Below are positions 19,427-29,947 of a stretch of 64,000 bases of DNA, one piece after another. Source of the DNA: an uncultured Verrucomicrobiae bacterium (lineage in GTDB: Bacteria > Verrucomicrobiota > Verrucomicrobiia > Chthoniobacterales > UBA10450); contig CAVWPA010000003.1 of assembly GCA_963756875.1 (NCBI GenBank), forward strand, positions 704,001 through 768,000. The letters run 5' to 3'. Position 1 is the first letter of the stretch. Each line of letters opens with the position of its first letter. Under the pieces are notes generated by a model. The model saw nothing but the letters and a program-made list of their open reading frames with translations, was not told the origin of the DNA and ran no database searches. The position numbers and the translations under genes are program-made.

Positions 19427-20468
19427 GAGGGCTCCAATCGAGGACGATTTTGCCGGAGTTGCCGGATTTCATCAGCTCGATGGCTTCCTTGAACTGCGTG
19501 TAGGGAAACCGGTGAGTGATGACCGGCGAGATATCGAGGCCGGACTGGATAAGCGCGGTCATTTTGTACCAGGTCTCGTACATCTCGCGACCGTAAATTC
19601 CCTTGATGGTGAGCTGGTTGAACACAACCAGGTTCCAGTCGATCGCAGCGCTGCCGGGCATGATGCCTAACAAAGCGATTTTTCCGCCGTGAAACATATT
19701 CGGCAGGATGTCGGCGAATGCTTTTGGATTGCCGGACATTTCCAGCGCCACGTCGAAGCCTTCTTTCATGCCGAGTTTTTGCATGGCCTCCGGCACATTC
19801 TGGCTGCGCACGTCGACGCCCACAACATTCGGCGCCATTTTACGGGCGAGATCGAGACGATACGGATTGACGTCGGTGATAACGACGTGCCGCGCGCCGG
19901 CGTGCTGGCAAATCGGAATCGCCATGCAACCGATGGGCCCGGCGCCGGTGATGAGCACATCTTCGCCGACGAGATCGAACGTGAGCGCGGTGTGCACGGC
20001 GTTGCCCAGCGGATCGAAACAGGAGAGTACATCGAGCGAAATCGACGGATCGGCATGCCAGCAGTTTGATTGCGGGATGGCCACGAACTCCGCAAAGGCG
20101 CCGGGGCGATTCACGCCTACGCCCTGTGTATTTGGGCAAAGATGCCGCCGGCCGGCGAGGCAATTGCGGCAATGTCCACAGGTGATATGACCTTCGCCAA
20201 CCACGAGATCGCCGGACGCGAAGCCTTTGACATGGTCGCCCACGGAGTCGACCACGCCGACGAATTCATGGCCAATGGTCATGGGGACGGGGATGGTTTT
20301 CTGCGCCCAGGCGTCCCAGTTATATATATGTACGTCCGTGCCGCAGATCGACGTTTTCACGACGCGGATGAGGACGTCGTCGCCATCGGCCCTGGGAACC
20401 GGGACATCCTCGAGCCAGAGCCCCGGCTCGGCTTTCGCCTTCACCACGGCTTTCATCGTTTTCTGCAC
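19416..20468 (-). CDS. tdh: L-threonine 3-dehydrogenase
   Basis: [57 protein letters not shown]. Confidence 0.96.
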   Translation of the reverse strand: MQKTMKAVVKAKAEPGLWLEDVPVPRADGDDVLIRVVKTSICGTDVHIYNWDAWAQKTIPVPMTIGHEFVGVVDSVGDHVKGFASGDLVVGEGHITCGHCRNCLAGRRHLCPNTQGVGVNRPGAFAEFVAIPQSNCWHADPSISLDVLSCFDPLGNAVHTALTFDLVGEDVLITGAGPIGCMAIPICQHAGARHVVITDVNPYRLDLARKMAPNVVGVDVRSQNVPEAMQKLGMKEGFDVALEMSGNPKAFADILPNMFHGGKIALLGIMPGSAAIDWNLVVFNQLTIKGIYGREMYETWYKMTALIQSGLDISPVITHRFPYTQFKEAIELMKSGNSGKIVLDWSPLSS

Positions 20469-20509
20469 GACTGGAAGCTAGGCGAATCGGGAACGCAGGA
20501 AAACAGGAA

Positions 20510-20571
20510 TTGTAGGGCAACCGTTCCGGTTGCCGTTATGCGGCTGGGCAGGCGACGCGCCCGGCCCACAA
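20510..20571. repeat. GTAG-type REP doublet (family A)
   Basis: ttgtagggcaaccgttccggttgcc...ggcaggcgacgcgcccggcccacaa; reverse-orientation relative at 34650-34708. Confidence 0.8.
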
Positions 20572-20642
20572 TTGCGCTTCGGATTCAATCTCGCGTGCGT
20601 TCTCCTTGCACGGCGTATGATCATTGGAGATGATTCCGCTGC

Positions 20643-21557
20643 ATGCCCACAACGCTTGAGCAACCCGCTCCCACCAAGGCAACGCCCCGCGCTGTTTTCG
20701 TTCTGCGCTTCATCAGCACGGTCGTGCTTTGGTCGGTCGCGCTGGCCATCGCATTTTCCGGCTACGAAGTTTTGTTTTGGTTATTAATCAGCGTGTTCGG
20801 ACTGATCGCACTTTGGGAGTTTTATCGAATGCTCGATCATCGCGGGCTGCCGAATTTCAAAATCACGGGAATGATTTGCGGCGCGGTTTTGCTGGCCGGC
20901 AGTTTTTATTACTTCGCCAAAATCGGACCAGCGCAGTCGTACGATTTCGAGGTCGCGGTGTTGCTCTTTTTTCTGCTGACGGTTTTCACGCGGCAAATGT
21001 TTGCGCGTTTGCGGGAGGACGAACCGCTGCAAACCATGGCCTACACCCTCTTCGGTTTGCTGTACGTTCTTTGGCTTTTCAATTTCCTCACAAAAATTGT
21101 TTACCTCACGCCGCGATCGAGCACCGGCGCGGTAACAGGCCAGTTTTATGTCTTGTACCTGATCGCGGTCACAAAATTCAGCGACATGGGCGCCTATTTG
21201 ACCGGGAGCGTGATCGGACGGCACAAGATGACTCCGCACATCAGTGCAAAAAAAACCTGGGAAGGATTTTTCGGGGCGCTCGTTTTTGCGCTGCTCTGCA
21301 GCCTGGCTCTGTTCAAATTGATGCCTGGGCATTTGTCAGCGCTGACCTGGACGCACGCGACGGTTCTCGGTTTGCTGCTTGGATTCGCCGCGGTGATCGG
21401 CGACTTGGCGGAGTCGATTGTAAAACGAAGCACGGGCGTAAAAGATTCCGGGAATCTGCTGCCTGGAATCGGCGGAGCGCTCGACCTGGTGGACAGTCTG
21501 CTGTTTACTGCGCCGTTGTTGTTCTTTTATCTCCGCTTGGTGGTCCGGGTTCCATAA
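20643..21557 (+). CDS. cdsA: Phosphatidate cytidylyltransferase
   Basis: SDMGAY..GRHK..ISAKKTWEG, GDLAESIVKR..KDSG..LPG.GGALDLVDS. Confidence 0.95.
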   Translation: MPTTLEQPAPTKATPRAVFVLRFISTVVLWSVALAIAFSGYEVLFWLLISVFGLIALWEFYRMLDHRGLPNFKITGMICGAVLLAGSFYYFAKIGPAQSYDFEVAVLLFFLLTVFTRQMFARLREDEPLQTMAYTLFGLLYVLWLFNFLTKIVYLTPRSSTGAVTGQFYVLYLIAVTKFSDMGAYLTGSVIGRHKMTPHISAKKTWEGFFGALVFALLCSLALFKLMPGHLSALTWTHATVLGLLLGFAAVIGDLAESIVKRSTGVKDSGNLLPGIGGALDLVDSLLFTAPLLFFYLRLVVRVP

Positions 21558-21585
21558 AGAGATGCGCTCTATAGCGGGAAACTTT

Positions 21586-21709
21586 GGGGAGCGCACGCGC
21601 CCCGCGTGTAGTCTCCGGCGCCCTCGACGGAGACATTTTTCCGGGGTGAGCCGCAAGGGCTTTTCGGCGAGGGCGCCGAAAAGAGCACGCGAGGGCGCGT
21701 GCGCTCCCC
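21586..21709. repeat. Intergenic copy of the palindromic element found inside uvrA
   Basis: ggggagcgcacgcgccccgcgtg ... gcacgcgagggcgcgtgcgctcccc. Confidence 0.9.
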
Positions 21710-21734
21710 GGAAGCTCCGCGGCGAAAACTGTAC

Positions 21735-22991
21735 ATGAAACGCAAACGTGTTGTTGTTCTTGGCGCGACCGGGTCGATCGGGGAAAGCGCGCTAAAGGTT
21801 GCGCGCGACATTCCGGAACGGATGGAAATTGTCGGTCTGGCGGCGAACAACAACGCCGAAAAGCTGGCCAAGGCTGCAAACAAGGTGCGACCGCAAGCGG
21901 TTTGCCTTGGGAACGTAACGAAGATCGAGGCGTTGCGGGCGGCGCTTGAGTACGAGCCGCAGATCTTCGCCGGTGAAGAGGGACTGCGCGAGATCGCGTG
22001 CCTGACGAATGCGGACATGGTGCTGGTCGCAATTGTAGGCACGGGCGGATTGCGTCCCACGCTGGCTGCGATTGAAGCAGGCAAGGATCTCGCGGTGGCG
22101 AGCAAGGAGATTTTGGTGATGGCGGGCGAGATTGTGATGCGGGAAGCGCGCGAAAACGGAGTGCGTGTGTTGCCGGTGGACTCGGAGCACAATGCGATTT
22201 TTCAATGTCTGGAAGGCAAACGCCGAACGCCCAACGCCGAACGTCGAACGTCGAATGCAGAGAACGCGAGTCCGGTTCTGCCTTCGGCGTTGGATGTTGG
22301 ACGTTGGGCGTTGGACGTTTCTGATGTGAGAAGGATCATTCTCACCGCTTCGGGTGGTCCATTTCGCGAAACACCGCGAAAAGACTTTGATGCGATTACG
22401 GTGGAACAGGCCCTGAAGCATCCCACCTGGAACATGGGGCCGAAAATCACGATCGATTCGGCGACGCTTTTCAATAAAGGCCTCGAAATGATCGAAGCCC
22501 GGTGGCTTTTCGGGGTCGAAATGAAACGGGTGGAAGTGGTGATCCATCCGCAAAGCATCGTTCATTCGATGGTCGAATTTGTGGATGGCTCCACGCTGGC
22601 GCAGCTGAGTTACTCCAACATGTGTTTTCCAATTCAATATGCGGTCACCTGGCCGGAACGCGTGCCGAACAGTCTGCCGCCACTGGATTTTTCGAAATTG
22701 TCGAAGCTGGAATTTTTCACGCCCCGCTTTGAGGATTTTCCGGCGCTCAGCCTGGCGCGAAAGGCGGGCGAAACCGGAGGCACGCTGCCGGCGGTCATGA
22801 ATGCCGCGAACGAAGTCGCGGCCGCGGCGTTTTTGGAGCGACGGCTCCGTTTCCCGCAAATCTGGGAAACGGTCGAAAAGGTGATGGCCACGCACGCCAA
22901 CGTTGCGCAGCCGAATCTCGATGCCATATTGCGGGCCGATCAATGGGCGCGCGAGGAAGCGCTGAGATGCGTTAAATCGTTGAAACGGTAA
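21735..22991 (+). CDS. dxr: 1-deoxy-D-xylulose-5-phosphate reductoisomerase
   Basis: LGATGSIG, LPVDSEHNAIFQ, LTASGGPF, HPTWNMGPKITIDSAT..NKGLEMIEA, NAANE. Confidence 0.97.
   Translation: MKRKRVVVLGATGSIGESALKVARDIPERMEIVGLAANNNAEKLAKAANKVRPQAVCLGNVTKIEALRAALEYEPQIFAGEEGLREIACLTNADMVLVAIVGTGGLRPTLAAIEAGKDLAVASKEILVMAGEIVMREARENGVRVLPVDSEHNAIFQCLEGKRRTPNAERRTSNAENASPVLPSALDVGRWALDVSDVRRIILTASGGPFRETPRKDFDAITVEQALKHPTWNMGPKITIDSATLFNKGLEMIEARWLFGVEMKRVEVVIHPQSIVHSMVEFVDGSTLAQLSYSNMCFPIQYAVTWPERVPNSLPPLDFSKLSKLEFFTPRFEDFPALSLARKAGETGGTLPAVMNAANEVAAAAFLERRLRFPQIWETVEKVMATHANVAQPNLDAILRADQWAREEALRCVKSLKR
22218..22320. repeat. Inverted heptamer arrays inserted in frame in dxr
   Basis: aacgccg aacgccc aacgccg aacgtcg aacgtcg ... 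ttcggcg ttggatg ttggacg ttgggcg ttggacg; encodes KRRTPNAERRTSNAENASPVLPSALDVGRWALDV. Confidence 0.9.
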
Positions 22992-23055
22992 CTCGTTCAA
23001 GCGGCCAGCCCCGGCGGTCGGCCACTGTTTACTCATCGCTAATCACCAGTCATTC

Positions 23056-24720
23056 ATGAGCATTTTGTTCCACGGCGCGCGTTTCCTCTTTATCCTGCTC
23101 GAAGTTCTGGTTCTCTTTAATCTGCTCATCGTGGTGCATGAGCTCGGCCATTTTCTGGCGGCCCGCTGGCGCGGGCTCTATGTCGAAAAGTTCGCGATCT
23201 GGTTTGGCAAGCCGCTTTGGAAAAAAACGATCAATGGCGTCCAATACTCGTTAGGGACGCTGCCTTTTGGCGGGTTCGTTGCCGTGCCGCAGCTGGCGCC
23301 GATGGACATTATCGAAGGCAAAGCAGACGTCGATCGCGCGAAATTGCCGCCAATTTCAGTGCTGGACAAGATCATCGTGGCGTTTGCCGGGCCGCTGTTC
23401 AGTTTCGGCCTGGCCGTGGTGTTCGCGGTCGTCATTTCAGTGGTGGGTCGTCCGGTGAGTGAATCGGAGTCCACCACCACCATCGGATACGTCATGCCGG
23501 ATTCGCCGGCGTCGCGCGCCGGGTTAGAAGCCGGCGACAGGATTCTATCCGTTGACGGACACCAGGTTTCCCGTTTTGGCGGGATGGGCGACGACAGCAT
23601 TCAGTGGCAGATTGTGCGCAGCGAAAAGGAAACAATCCCAATCGCGGTCGCGCGCAAGGTGGACGACACGACGAAGAAATTGACTGTTGAGGCGAAGCCG
23701 ATTGTCCCGCCGACCAAGCCGTGGATGCGCAAGGCATTGCGGCAGATTGAAATTGTTCCGGCCGAAACACCTTTGGTGGCAAAAGTGCAGCCGGATAGCC
23801 CGGCTGCGAAGGCGGGTCTGAAGCCGAACGACGTGATTACCGCGATCAACGGCCAGCCCCTCTACCATATTCTTGGCCTTGCCGATTTTATTCGCAAATA
23901 CCAGGGCCAGCCGCTGACGCTTACGGTGGAACGAGGCGGGGAGCCGGTTCGGCTTCCGTTCGATCCCGGTTATCCCAAAGTCGCGTCGGTGTTCAAGGAC
24001 AGCCCGGCCGATCGCGCCGGTTTGAAACCGGGCGATGCAATCATCGCGGTCGACGGCCAGAAAATGACGAGCACGCTGGCGATCTCCGATTACATCTCCA
24101 AACATGCGGCGCAGGCGATTTCCCTGACGTTCGAGCGCGACGGCGTGCAACATACGGTGAAGGTGAAGCCGGAAGCCCCCGTAGGCGAAACCACCCCTCG
24201 CATCGGAATTTACTGGGATGAAGATTACGGAATTGTCCTGGATTCCTATGGCAAGCTCGCCGTCGTGCATCCGAATCCGATCGAGCAAGTCCGGGCCGCG
24301 ACGTTGTCGATCTTCAACACGATCGGCGCCATCGCTTCGCCCAAGTCGGACGTGAAACTGCAGCATATGAGCGGGCCGGTGATGATGCTGCGCATCTATT
24401 ATGTCATGTTCGAGAACAAGGAGGGGTGGCGAATGGCGCTTTGGTTCAGCGTCGTGCTGAATGTGAACCTGGCGCTGCTGAATCTGTTGCCCATTCCGGT
24501 TCTCGATGGCGGCCATATCATGCTCGCGGTGATCGAAGGCGTTCGCCGCCGGCCGGTGAATACCCGCGTCCTCGAAGTGGTGCAGACCGCGTGTGCCGTC
24601 CTGATTATCGGGTTCATGGTTTATATCGCTTTCTTCGATGTCGAAGACCTTTTCGGCGGGAAGGGGAGGCCGAGATTCGTGCCAAAGGCGCCGCCGGCTC
24701 AATCGGGACAAAAGCAGTAG
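23056..24720 (+). CDS. rseP: RIP metalloprotease RseP with three PDZ domains
   Basis: [21 protein letters not shown]; three SPA..AGL..GD/ND repeats; follows dxr. Confidence 0.93.
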   Translation: MSILFHGARFLFILLEVLVLFNLLIVVHELGHFLAARWRGLYVEKFAIWFGKPLWKKTINGVQYSLGTLPFGGFVAVPQLAPMDIIEGKADVDRAKLPPISVLDKIIVAFAGPLFSFGLAVVFAVVISVVGRPVSESESTTTIGYVMPDSPASRAGLEAGDRILSVDGHQVSRFGGMGDDSIQWQIVRSEKETIPIAVARKVDDTTKKLTVEAKPIVPPTKPWMRKALRQIEIVPAETPLVAKVQPDSPAAKAGLKPNDVITAINGQPLYHILGLADFIRKYQGQPLTLTVERGGEPVRLPFDPGYPKVASVFKDSPADRAGLKPGDAIIAVDGQKMTSTLAISDYISKHAAQAISLTFERDGVQHTVKVKPEAPVGETTPRIGIYWDEDYGIVLDSYGKLAVVHPNPIEQVRAATLSIFNTIGAIASPKSDVKLQHMSGPVMMLRIYYVMFENKEGWRMALWFSVVLNVNLALLNLLPIPVLDGGHIMLAVIEGVRRRPVNTRVLEVVQTACAVLIIGFMVYIAFFDVEDLFGGKGRPRFVPKAPPAQSGQKQ

Positions 24721-24766
24721 CGCGGCAGCGTTGCGCGGCCGTTTTCATTCCGTAAACTTTGTGGCG

Positions 24767-26627
24767 GTGAACTATTGCGATAACCCATTGGTTTATCAGC
24801 GCCGGAAGACGCGTGAAGTGCGTGTGGGCCACGTCGGTATCGGCGGGGCCAACCCCATCCGTGTTCAATCGATGATCACGTGTGACACGATGGATACGGA
24901 AAGTTCCATCCAGCAAACGGTGGAGCTGGCGGAAGCCGGCTGCGAAATAGTGCGCATCACTGCGCCGACAGTGAAGGATTCCCGCAATCTGGAGCACATC
25001 GTAAAGGGTTTGCGCGAGCGCGGCTGCGACGTGCCAATCGTGGCCGATATTCATTTCAAGCCCGAAGCGGCCATGGAGGCGGCCCGGTGGGTCGATAAAG
25101 TCCGGATCAATCCGGGCAACTATGCCGACTCGAAGAAATTCGTGATCCGGGAATATACGGACGAGCAGTACACTTCCGAACTCGCACGCATCCGCGAGCG
25201 ATTCACGCCACTGGTTGAGCTCTGCAAGAAGCGCGGCATTGCCATCCGCATCGGCACCAATCACGGCTCGTTGAGCGATCGCATTCTTAATAGATACGGC
25301 GACACACCCCTCGGGATGGTGGAGAGCGCTCTCGAATTCGCGCGCATCGCGCGCGACCTCGATTATCACGCGTTTGTTTTCTCGATGAAGGCCAGCAACC
25401 CGAAAATCATGATCGCTGCCTATCGCCTTTTGGTCGCTCGACTGAACGAAGAGGGCCCGGATTGGAATTATCCGGTCCACCTGGGGGTAACCGAAGCCGG
25501 CGAAGGCGAAGACGCACGAATCAAAAGCGCCATCGGAATCGGCTCGCTGCTGGCGGACGGAATCGGGGACACCATCCGCGTCTCGCTCACCGAGGACAGC
25601 ATTCACGAGATTCCCGTAGCGAAAGCGCTGATTGAGTGCGGAATGCGGAGTATCGATTGCGAATTGCAGCACTCCGCAATCGACACTCCGCAACTCCGCA
25701 ATCTCGTTCGACCCCTTCTCGTATCAGCGACGCGCCAGCGAGACGATCGCAGTAGCGGGAATCGGTGAGCCGGGTGAAACCGTCAAACTCGGCGGCGAAG
25801 AATTGATCCGGGTCGTCGTCAGGCAGGCAAATTTCGAAAAGGTCGCGCACAAAATCGACAAAATGGGCGATTACAAGCCGGAGATTGTTTACGAGAACGC
25901 CAGCGTCAGGGAAATCGATCCGCGTGACAGGGAGGCGATTGCCCTGTTGAACGAAGGCGCGGAACCGCAGTTCGTTACGGTCCGAGACGATGTCGATCTG
26001 CCCATGATCACGGCGTTTCGTCTGCTGGCCGCGAACCTGGCGCCACGGCACCCAATTTTGTTAAAGGATATTTTGAATTGCAGGGCGTCTGTGTCAGACG
26101 CCGGCCAGAGAGATGGCGTTTCACAGAAACGCCCTGCAAATTTTCTGGACACTCTTCTCATCGCGTCCACAAACATCGGCTCGCTGTTGTGCGATGGGAT
26201 TGGGGACGCCGTCCTGGTGCAAGGCGAAGAAGCTCCGGGGCAGGCGTTGCGGCTCTCTTATAATATACTACAGGCCGCGGGGTCGCGGATTTTCAAAACC
26301 GACTACGTGGCCTGCCCTTCGTGCGGGCGGACGTTGTTCAATTTGCAGACGACGACGGCGCGTATCAAAGAGGCAACCTCGCATCTGAAAGGCGTCAAAA
26401 TTGCGATCATGGGTTGCATCGTAAATGGCCCGGGAGAAATGGCGGACGCCGATTTTGGTTATGTTGGCGGCGCGCCGGGCAAAGTGAATCTCTACGTCGG
26501 CAAGACGCCGGTAAAGTTCAATATCCCGGAAGCGGAAGCAGTTGATCGACTGAAGGATTTGATCCGCGAACACGGCAAGTGGGTCGAGCGTGCGATGCAA
26601 CCGGCTCCGGCCGAGATGCCCGCATAA
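24767..26627 (+). CDS. ispG: HMBPP synthase IspG (long form); apparent +1 frameshift near 25694
   Basis: [46 protein letters not shown] in ORF 24638; [27 protein letters not shown] in ORF 25632. Confidence 0.95.
25634..25703. repeat. Inverted heptamer arrays (TGCGGAR / TCCGCAA) inside ispG, at the frameshift
   Basis: gagtgcggaatgcggagtatcgattgcg ... ctccgcaatcgacactccgcaactccgcaatc. Confidence 0.8.
26078..26139. repeat. REP-like doublet inserted in frame in ispG
   Basis: ttgcagggcgtctgtgtcagacgcc ... ggcgtttcacagaaacgccctgcaa: inverted termini plus two internal hairpins. Confidence 0.85.
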
Positions 26628-26851
26628 TTCTGCGATAGTAACGATCCCTGCTTTTAACGATTAATAGAGGCGTCCGGTTCGTTTCGAGATGGTGATCACC
26701 AGCTCCTCGCATGGCATCGCCTACGCCGAACGTTCGCCGTACATTTCCGAAGATTTGCGGGGCAATTTGGATTGACGCGTCGTATGTGGACTCACTACGC
26801 TTCATTTGAGCAGGGGCAACGGGGGAACTCGGAACTTCAACCCAAACGTTT

Positions 26852-29674
26852 ATGAAGAACTATCGGCCTCAAATTGCAGCATGCCTGATCCTCGCGGTCG
26901 GCGTTGTTACCGGAAAAGCTGGAACGATTTTTTACCAGGGCATTCCCGCCACGCAAAGCGACACCAATTCTGGGATCAGCAGCGACAACCAATACACCAC
27001 CGCGGTGGATGGTGGAAATGCGCGCGGAACCGATCGTGTCATCAATGGTATTACACTTTACGCGCTGAACGCCAACGGTCAGTCGGCTACAGCTGACAAT
27101 TGCACAGTCAATGCGTTGGCCGGCAATCTGTCGAATGCCGGCGGGGGGAGCTCCAGTATCCAGGCGGACGGAGTTTTCAAGGAGGTTGAGTCGGATATGA
27201 CGTTTAACAACGGCGCTCCCGACGACTCGCAACAAGAGATTGTGCTCGACCCGGAGAGTTTGGAAGCGGGCACGACTTACGATTTGCGTATTTACATCTG
27301 CAATCCGTCAGGGCGAAACCGGCTCGTGAACTTGTCTTTCGTCGGCGATGGGCAACCGGCGGTGGAGACGGGATTTTTCAATGAAGACGATGCGCGGACG
27401 TCGCCGGGCGGCTTCAAGGACCCCAATCAGGCGTATTACATCGATTATCGATTCACCTGGGATGGCGATTCGACTCCCGGGGTAACCATCACGCAGAAAT
27501 CCGGGAGCGCGCCGTTTGTGTTGTATGCGTTGACCAACCAGATTGTTCCTGGCGGTGCGGCCGAAGCGGCGCCCGAAGAAGAGGGGGCCGTGGCCGAAGG
27601 TGAAGCGGGCGCGGCCGAGGGCGAGGGTGAAGGAGTATCGACCGGATTAGTAAGTCAGGAGTCCGATGAGATCGGCGTGGCAAGCGACGATTTTTACGGT
27701 AGCGACTCGCTCAGTAACAACGGGCACTGGGTCAGCGTGCAAAAATGGGGCAGATGCTGGCAGCCCACCAATGTGCCGAGCGGTTGGTGCCCCTACACGA
27801 ACGGAACCTTTCAGCAGTGCGACGATTGCGGTTGGACCTTTGTCTCGGACGAACCGTGGGCATGGGCCTGTTACCATTACGGGCGGTGGCTGAAAGTCAG
27901 TTACGGCTGCGGATGGTGCTGGGTGCCGGGCAGGGTCTGGGCGCCGTCGTGGGTCTCTTGGCGCAAGGGGCGCGATTCATCGTGCGACTGCATCGGCTGG
28001 GCGCCGCTGCCGCCCACGGCCGGTTGCGAGTTTGGCGTCGGCGTGAGCACGTGGGTCGACGAAACCTGCGATATCGGTCCCGATTGTTACACCTTCATTG
28101 GCATCGGAGATTTCGGCCGCGGATCGTACTTCGGATGCGGCTGCATCTACGAGCAGTCGCGGAATATCACAATCATTAGTCAGACGATCAACATCACCAA
28201 CATTTCCTATACGAACTTTGGCACTTATTGCGGGGGACCCGATTACAATTGGTGCAACACGGAAATCCGTCAGCATGGCGGCCAGGAGATCGAGAAAATT
28301 CATGTCAACCGCTTCGACGATCCCAGTAAGATGGGTGGAAAGTTTTCCAAGCATGAAGGGAATCAACTCGGCCTTCTGTCTCCCCACATAAAGAACGAGA
28401 AGAATCCGAAGCATGAGCCGAAGATCGCGGGGCATATTTCCAACAAACAAATCGACCACGGCTGGAAGGGTGTGAAGGATCCGAGCACTCGGAAAAAATT
28501 AAAGAACGAAATTGCGCAGCAAAATCACGGCAAAAATTCCAAGAACACCAAGGCCACTTTACCAACTGGTGTTGCGCAAAAATTTGGCAAGCACGGTGGC
28601 ACTGGCAGACAGGGAATCACGCAGGGAGGCAAGGGGCAACACCCTGGTGGAAAAGGAGGTAAAGGAGCCGGCGGCAAATCGTTTACGGGCGGCAAGGCGG
28701 GCGGAGGCGGATTCAATCAGCATCCGGGCGGCAAAAAAGGAAAGCAGGGTCAGGGCGCTGGTGCGGGCACGGCCGGAGCAGGAAAATTTAATCAGCATCC
28801 CGGAAAGGGAGGCAAAGGACAGGGAGGCGCTGGCGGCGCAGGGATCAGCACCGCCGGGGGTGGAGGCGGCAAGGGTCGCCATCTTGGCCATCCTGGCCAG
28901 TCGTTCAAGGGTCAAGGTGGCGGCGGAGCGAAGGGAGCTGGCGGCGGAGCCGGCAAGGTGACGGGCGGCGGTCAGCATCCCGGAAAGGGTAAAGGCAAAG
29001 GCGTTCAAGGTGGCGCAGGGGGAACGCACGCCGGCGGAAATATTCAGGGCGGGACCGGTCGCACTGGCGGCAAAGGTCGCAATAAAGGTCAGGGAGCGAC
29101 GACTCAGGGTGGAAAGGGTTTTAAACAGGGAGGCCAGGCTGGTCAGGGAGGCGGAGGCGGCCGCGTTGGCAGCAAAGGTCGCAATAAGGGTCAGGGAGCG
29201 ACAACTCAGGGCGGAAAGGGTTTTAAACAGGGAGGCCAGGTTGGTCAGGGAGGAGGAGGCGGTCGGGTTGGCGGCAAAGCTCACAACAAAGGTCAGGGAA
29301 CGACGGCTGGTGGACAAGGTTTTAAGAAGGGAGGCCAGGCTGGCCAGGGCGGAGGAGGCGGGCGCGTTAAGGGCAAAGGTTACAATGCAGGTAAGGGAGC
29401 AACGACCCAGGGTGGACAAGGCTTTAAATCTGGAGGCCAGAAGGGTCAGGGCGGTGGTGGTGCAGGAAAAGGTCACGCCAAACAGCAGCAAGTCAGGCAA
29501 CCGCAGGGGGCCCAGCGTACGACGGGCGGTGGTGGTGGCGGTGTCAAGCAACAGCAATTTCAGCAACACCACGCCGGTGGCGGTGGCGGCGGCGGTGGTG
29601 GCGGTGGCGGCGGCGGCGGCGGTGGAAGAGGGAGAGGAAAAGCGGCAAAACCCACTCCAACTCCGCATAGATGA
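26852..29674 (+). CDS. Secreted protein: N-terminal globular domain, acidic linker, Cys-rich DUF6600-like domain, long Gly/Lys/Gln repeat tail
   Basis: Signal peptide; W.PYTNG..GWTFVSDEPWAWACYHYGRW..WVPG..WAPSWVSWR..IGWAPLPP. Confidence 0.85.
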   Translation: MKNYRPQIAACLILAVGVVTGKAGTIFYQGIPATQSDTNSGISSDNQYTTAVDGGNARGTDRVINGITLYALNANGQSATADNCTVNALAGNLSNAGGGSSSIQADGVFKEVESDMTFNNGAPDDSQQEIVLDPESLEAGTTYDLRIYICNPSGRNRLVNLSFVGDGQPAVETGFFNEDDARTSPGGFKDPNQAYYIDYRFTWDGDSTPGVTITQKSGSAPFVLYALTNQIVPGGAAEAAPEEEGAVAEGEAGAAEGEGEGVSTGLVSQESDEIGVASDDFYGSDSLSNNGHWVSVQKWGRCWQPTNVPSGWCPYTNGTFQQCDDCGWTFVSDEPWAWACYHYGRWLKVSYGCGWCWVPGRVWAPSWVSWRKGRDSSCDCIGWAPLPPTAGCEFGVGVSTWVDETCDIGPDCYTFIGIGDFGRGSYFGCGCIYEQSRNITIISQTINITNISYTNFGTYCGGPDYNWCNTEIRQHGGQEIEKIHVNRFDDPSKMGGKFSKHEGNQLGLLSPHIKNEKNPKHEPKIAGHISNKQIDHGWKGVKDPSTRKKLKNEIAQQNHGKNSKNTKATLPTGVAQKFGKHGGTGRQGITQGGKGQHPGGKGGKGAGGKSFTGGKAGGGGFNQHPGGKKGKQGQGAGAGTAGAGKFNQHPGKGGKGQGGAGGAGISTAGGGGGKGRHLGHPGQSFKGQGGGGAKGAGGGAGKVTGGGQHPGKGKGKGVQGGAGGTHAGGNIQGGTGRTGGKGRNKGQGATTQGGKGFKQGGQAGQGGGGGRVGSKGRNKGQGATTQGGKGFKQGGQVGQGGGGGRVGGKAHNKGQGTTAGGQGFKKGGQAGQGGGGGRVKGKGYNAGKGATTQGGQGFKSGGQKGQGGGGAGKGHAKQQQVRQPQGAQRTTGGGGGGVKQQQFQQHHAGGGGGGGGGGGGGGGGGRGRGKAAKPTPTPHR
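29066..29461 (+). repeat. Four ~102-bp coding tandem repeats
   Basis: Units start at 29066, 29168, 29270 and 29369; consensus GGKGRNKGQGATTQGGKGFKQGGQAGQGGGGGRV. Confidence 0.9.
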
Positions 29675-29947
29675 TTCGTCCGGAGAGCGACCACGCCAGT
29701 CTGATTCGCTAAAACGAAGGCGACTCTAGAAAATTGATCGTCAAGCTGCTGCTGTGACTCGTTAGGCTTATGCCGGACGAAGCAAACACTGATTTCTGGG
29801 GGCCAATGGGAGATGCTGAGTCGCCCGTTTATACCGCCAGGTAATGGCAGTTTTTGGACTCGGATTTTCTAGAAAATAAGCTTGACGTTTTCATAACAAC
29901 TCGGGCAGTCTGGACGCTTACTTCATTGTAGTGCAATTCCAGAACCT

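Noticed and set aside
28559..29729. Long alternative ORFs 28559-29668 (-) and 29010-29729 (+)
   Set aside because: They are by-products of the low-complexity Gly-codon repeats in the 26852 gene
29675..29872. Possible pseudoknotted RNA (ttcgtccgg/ccggacgaa crossing ggcgactc/gagtcgcc)
   Set aside because: Helices of 8-9 bp in about 270 nt are not clearly above chance and I recognise no known RNA motif; covariation evidence would be needed
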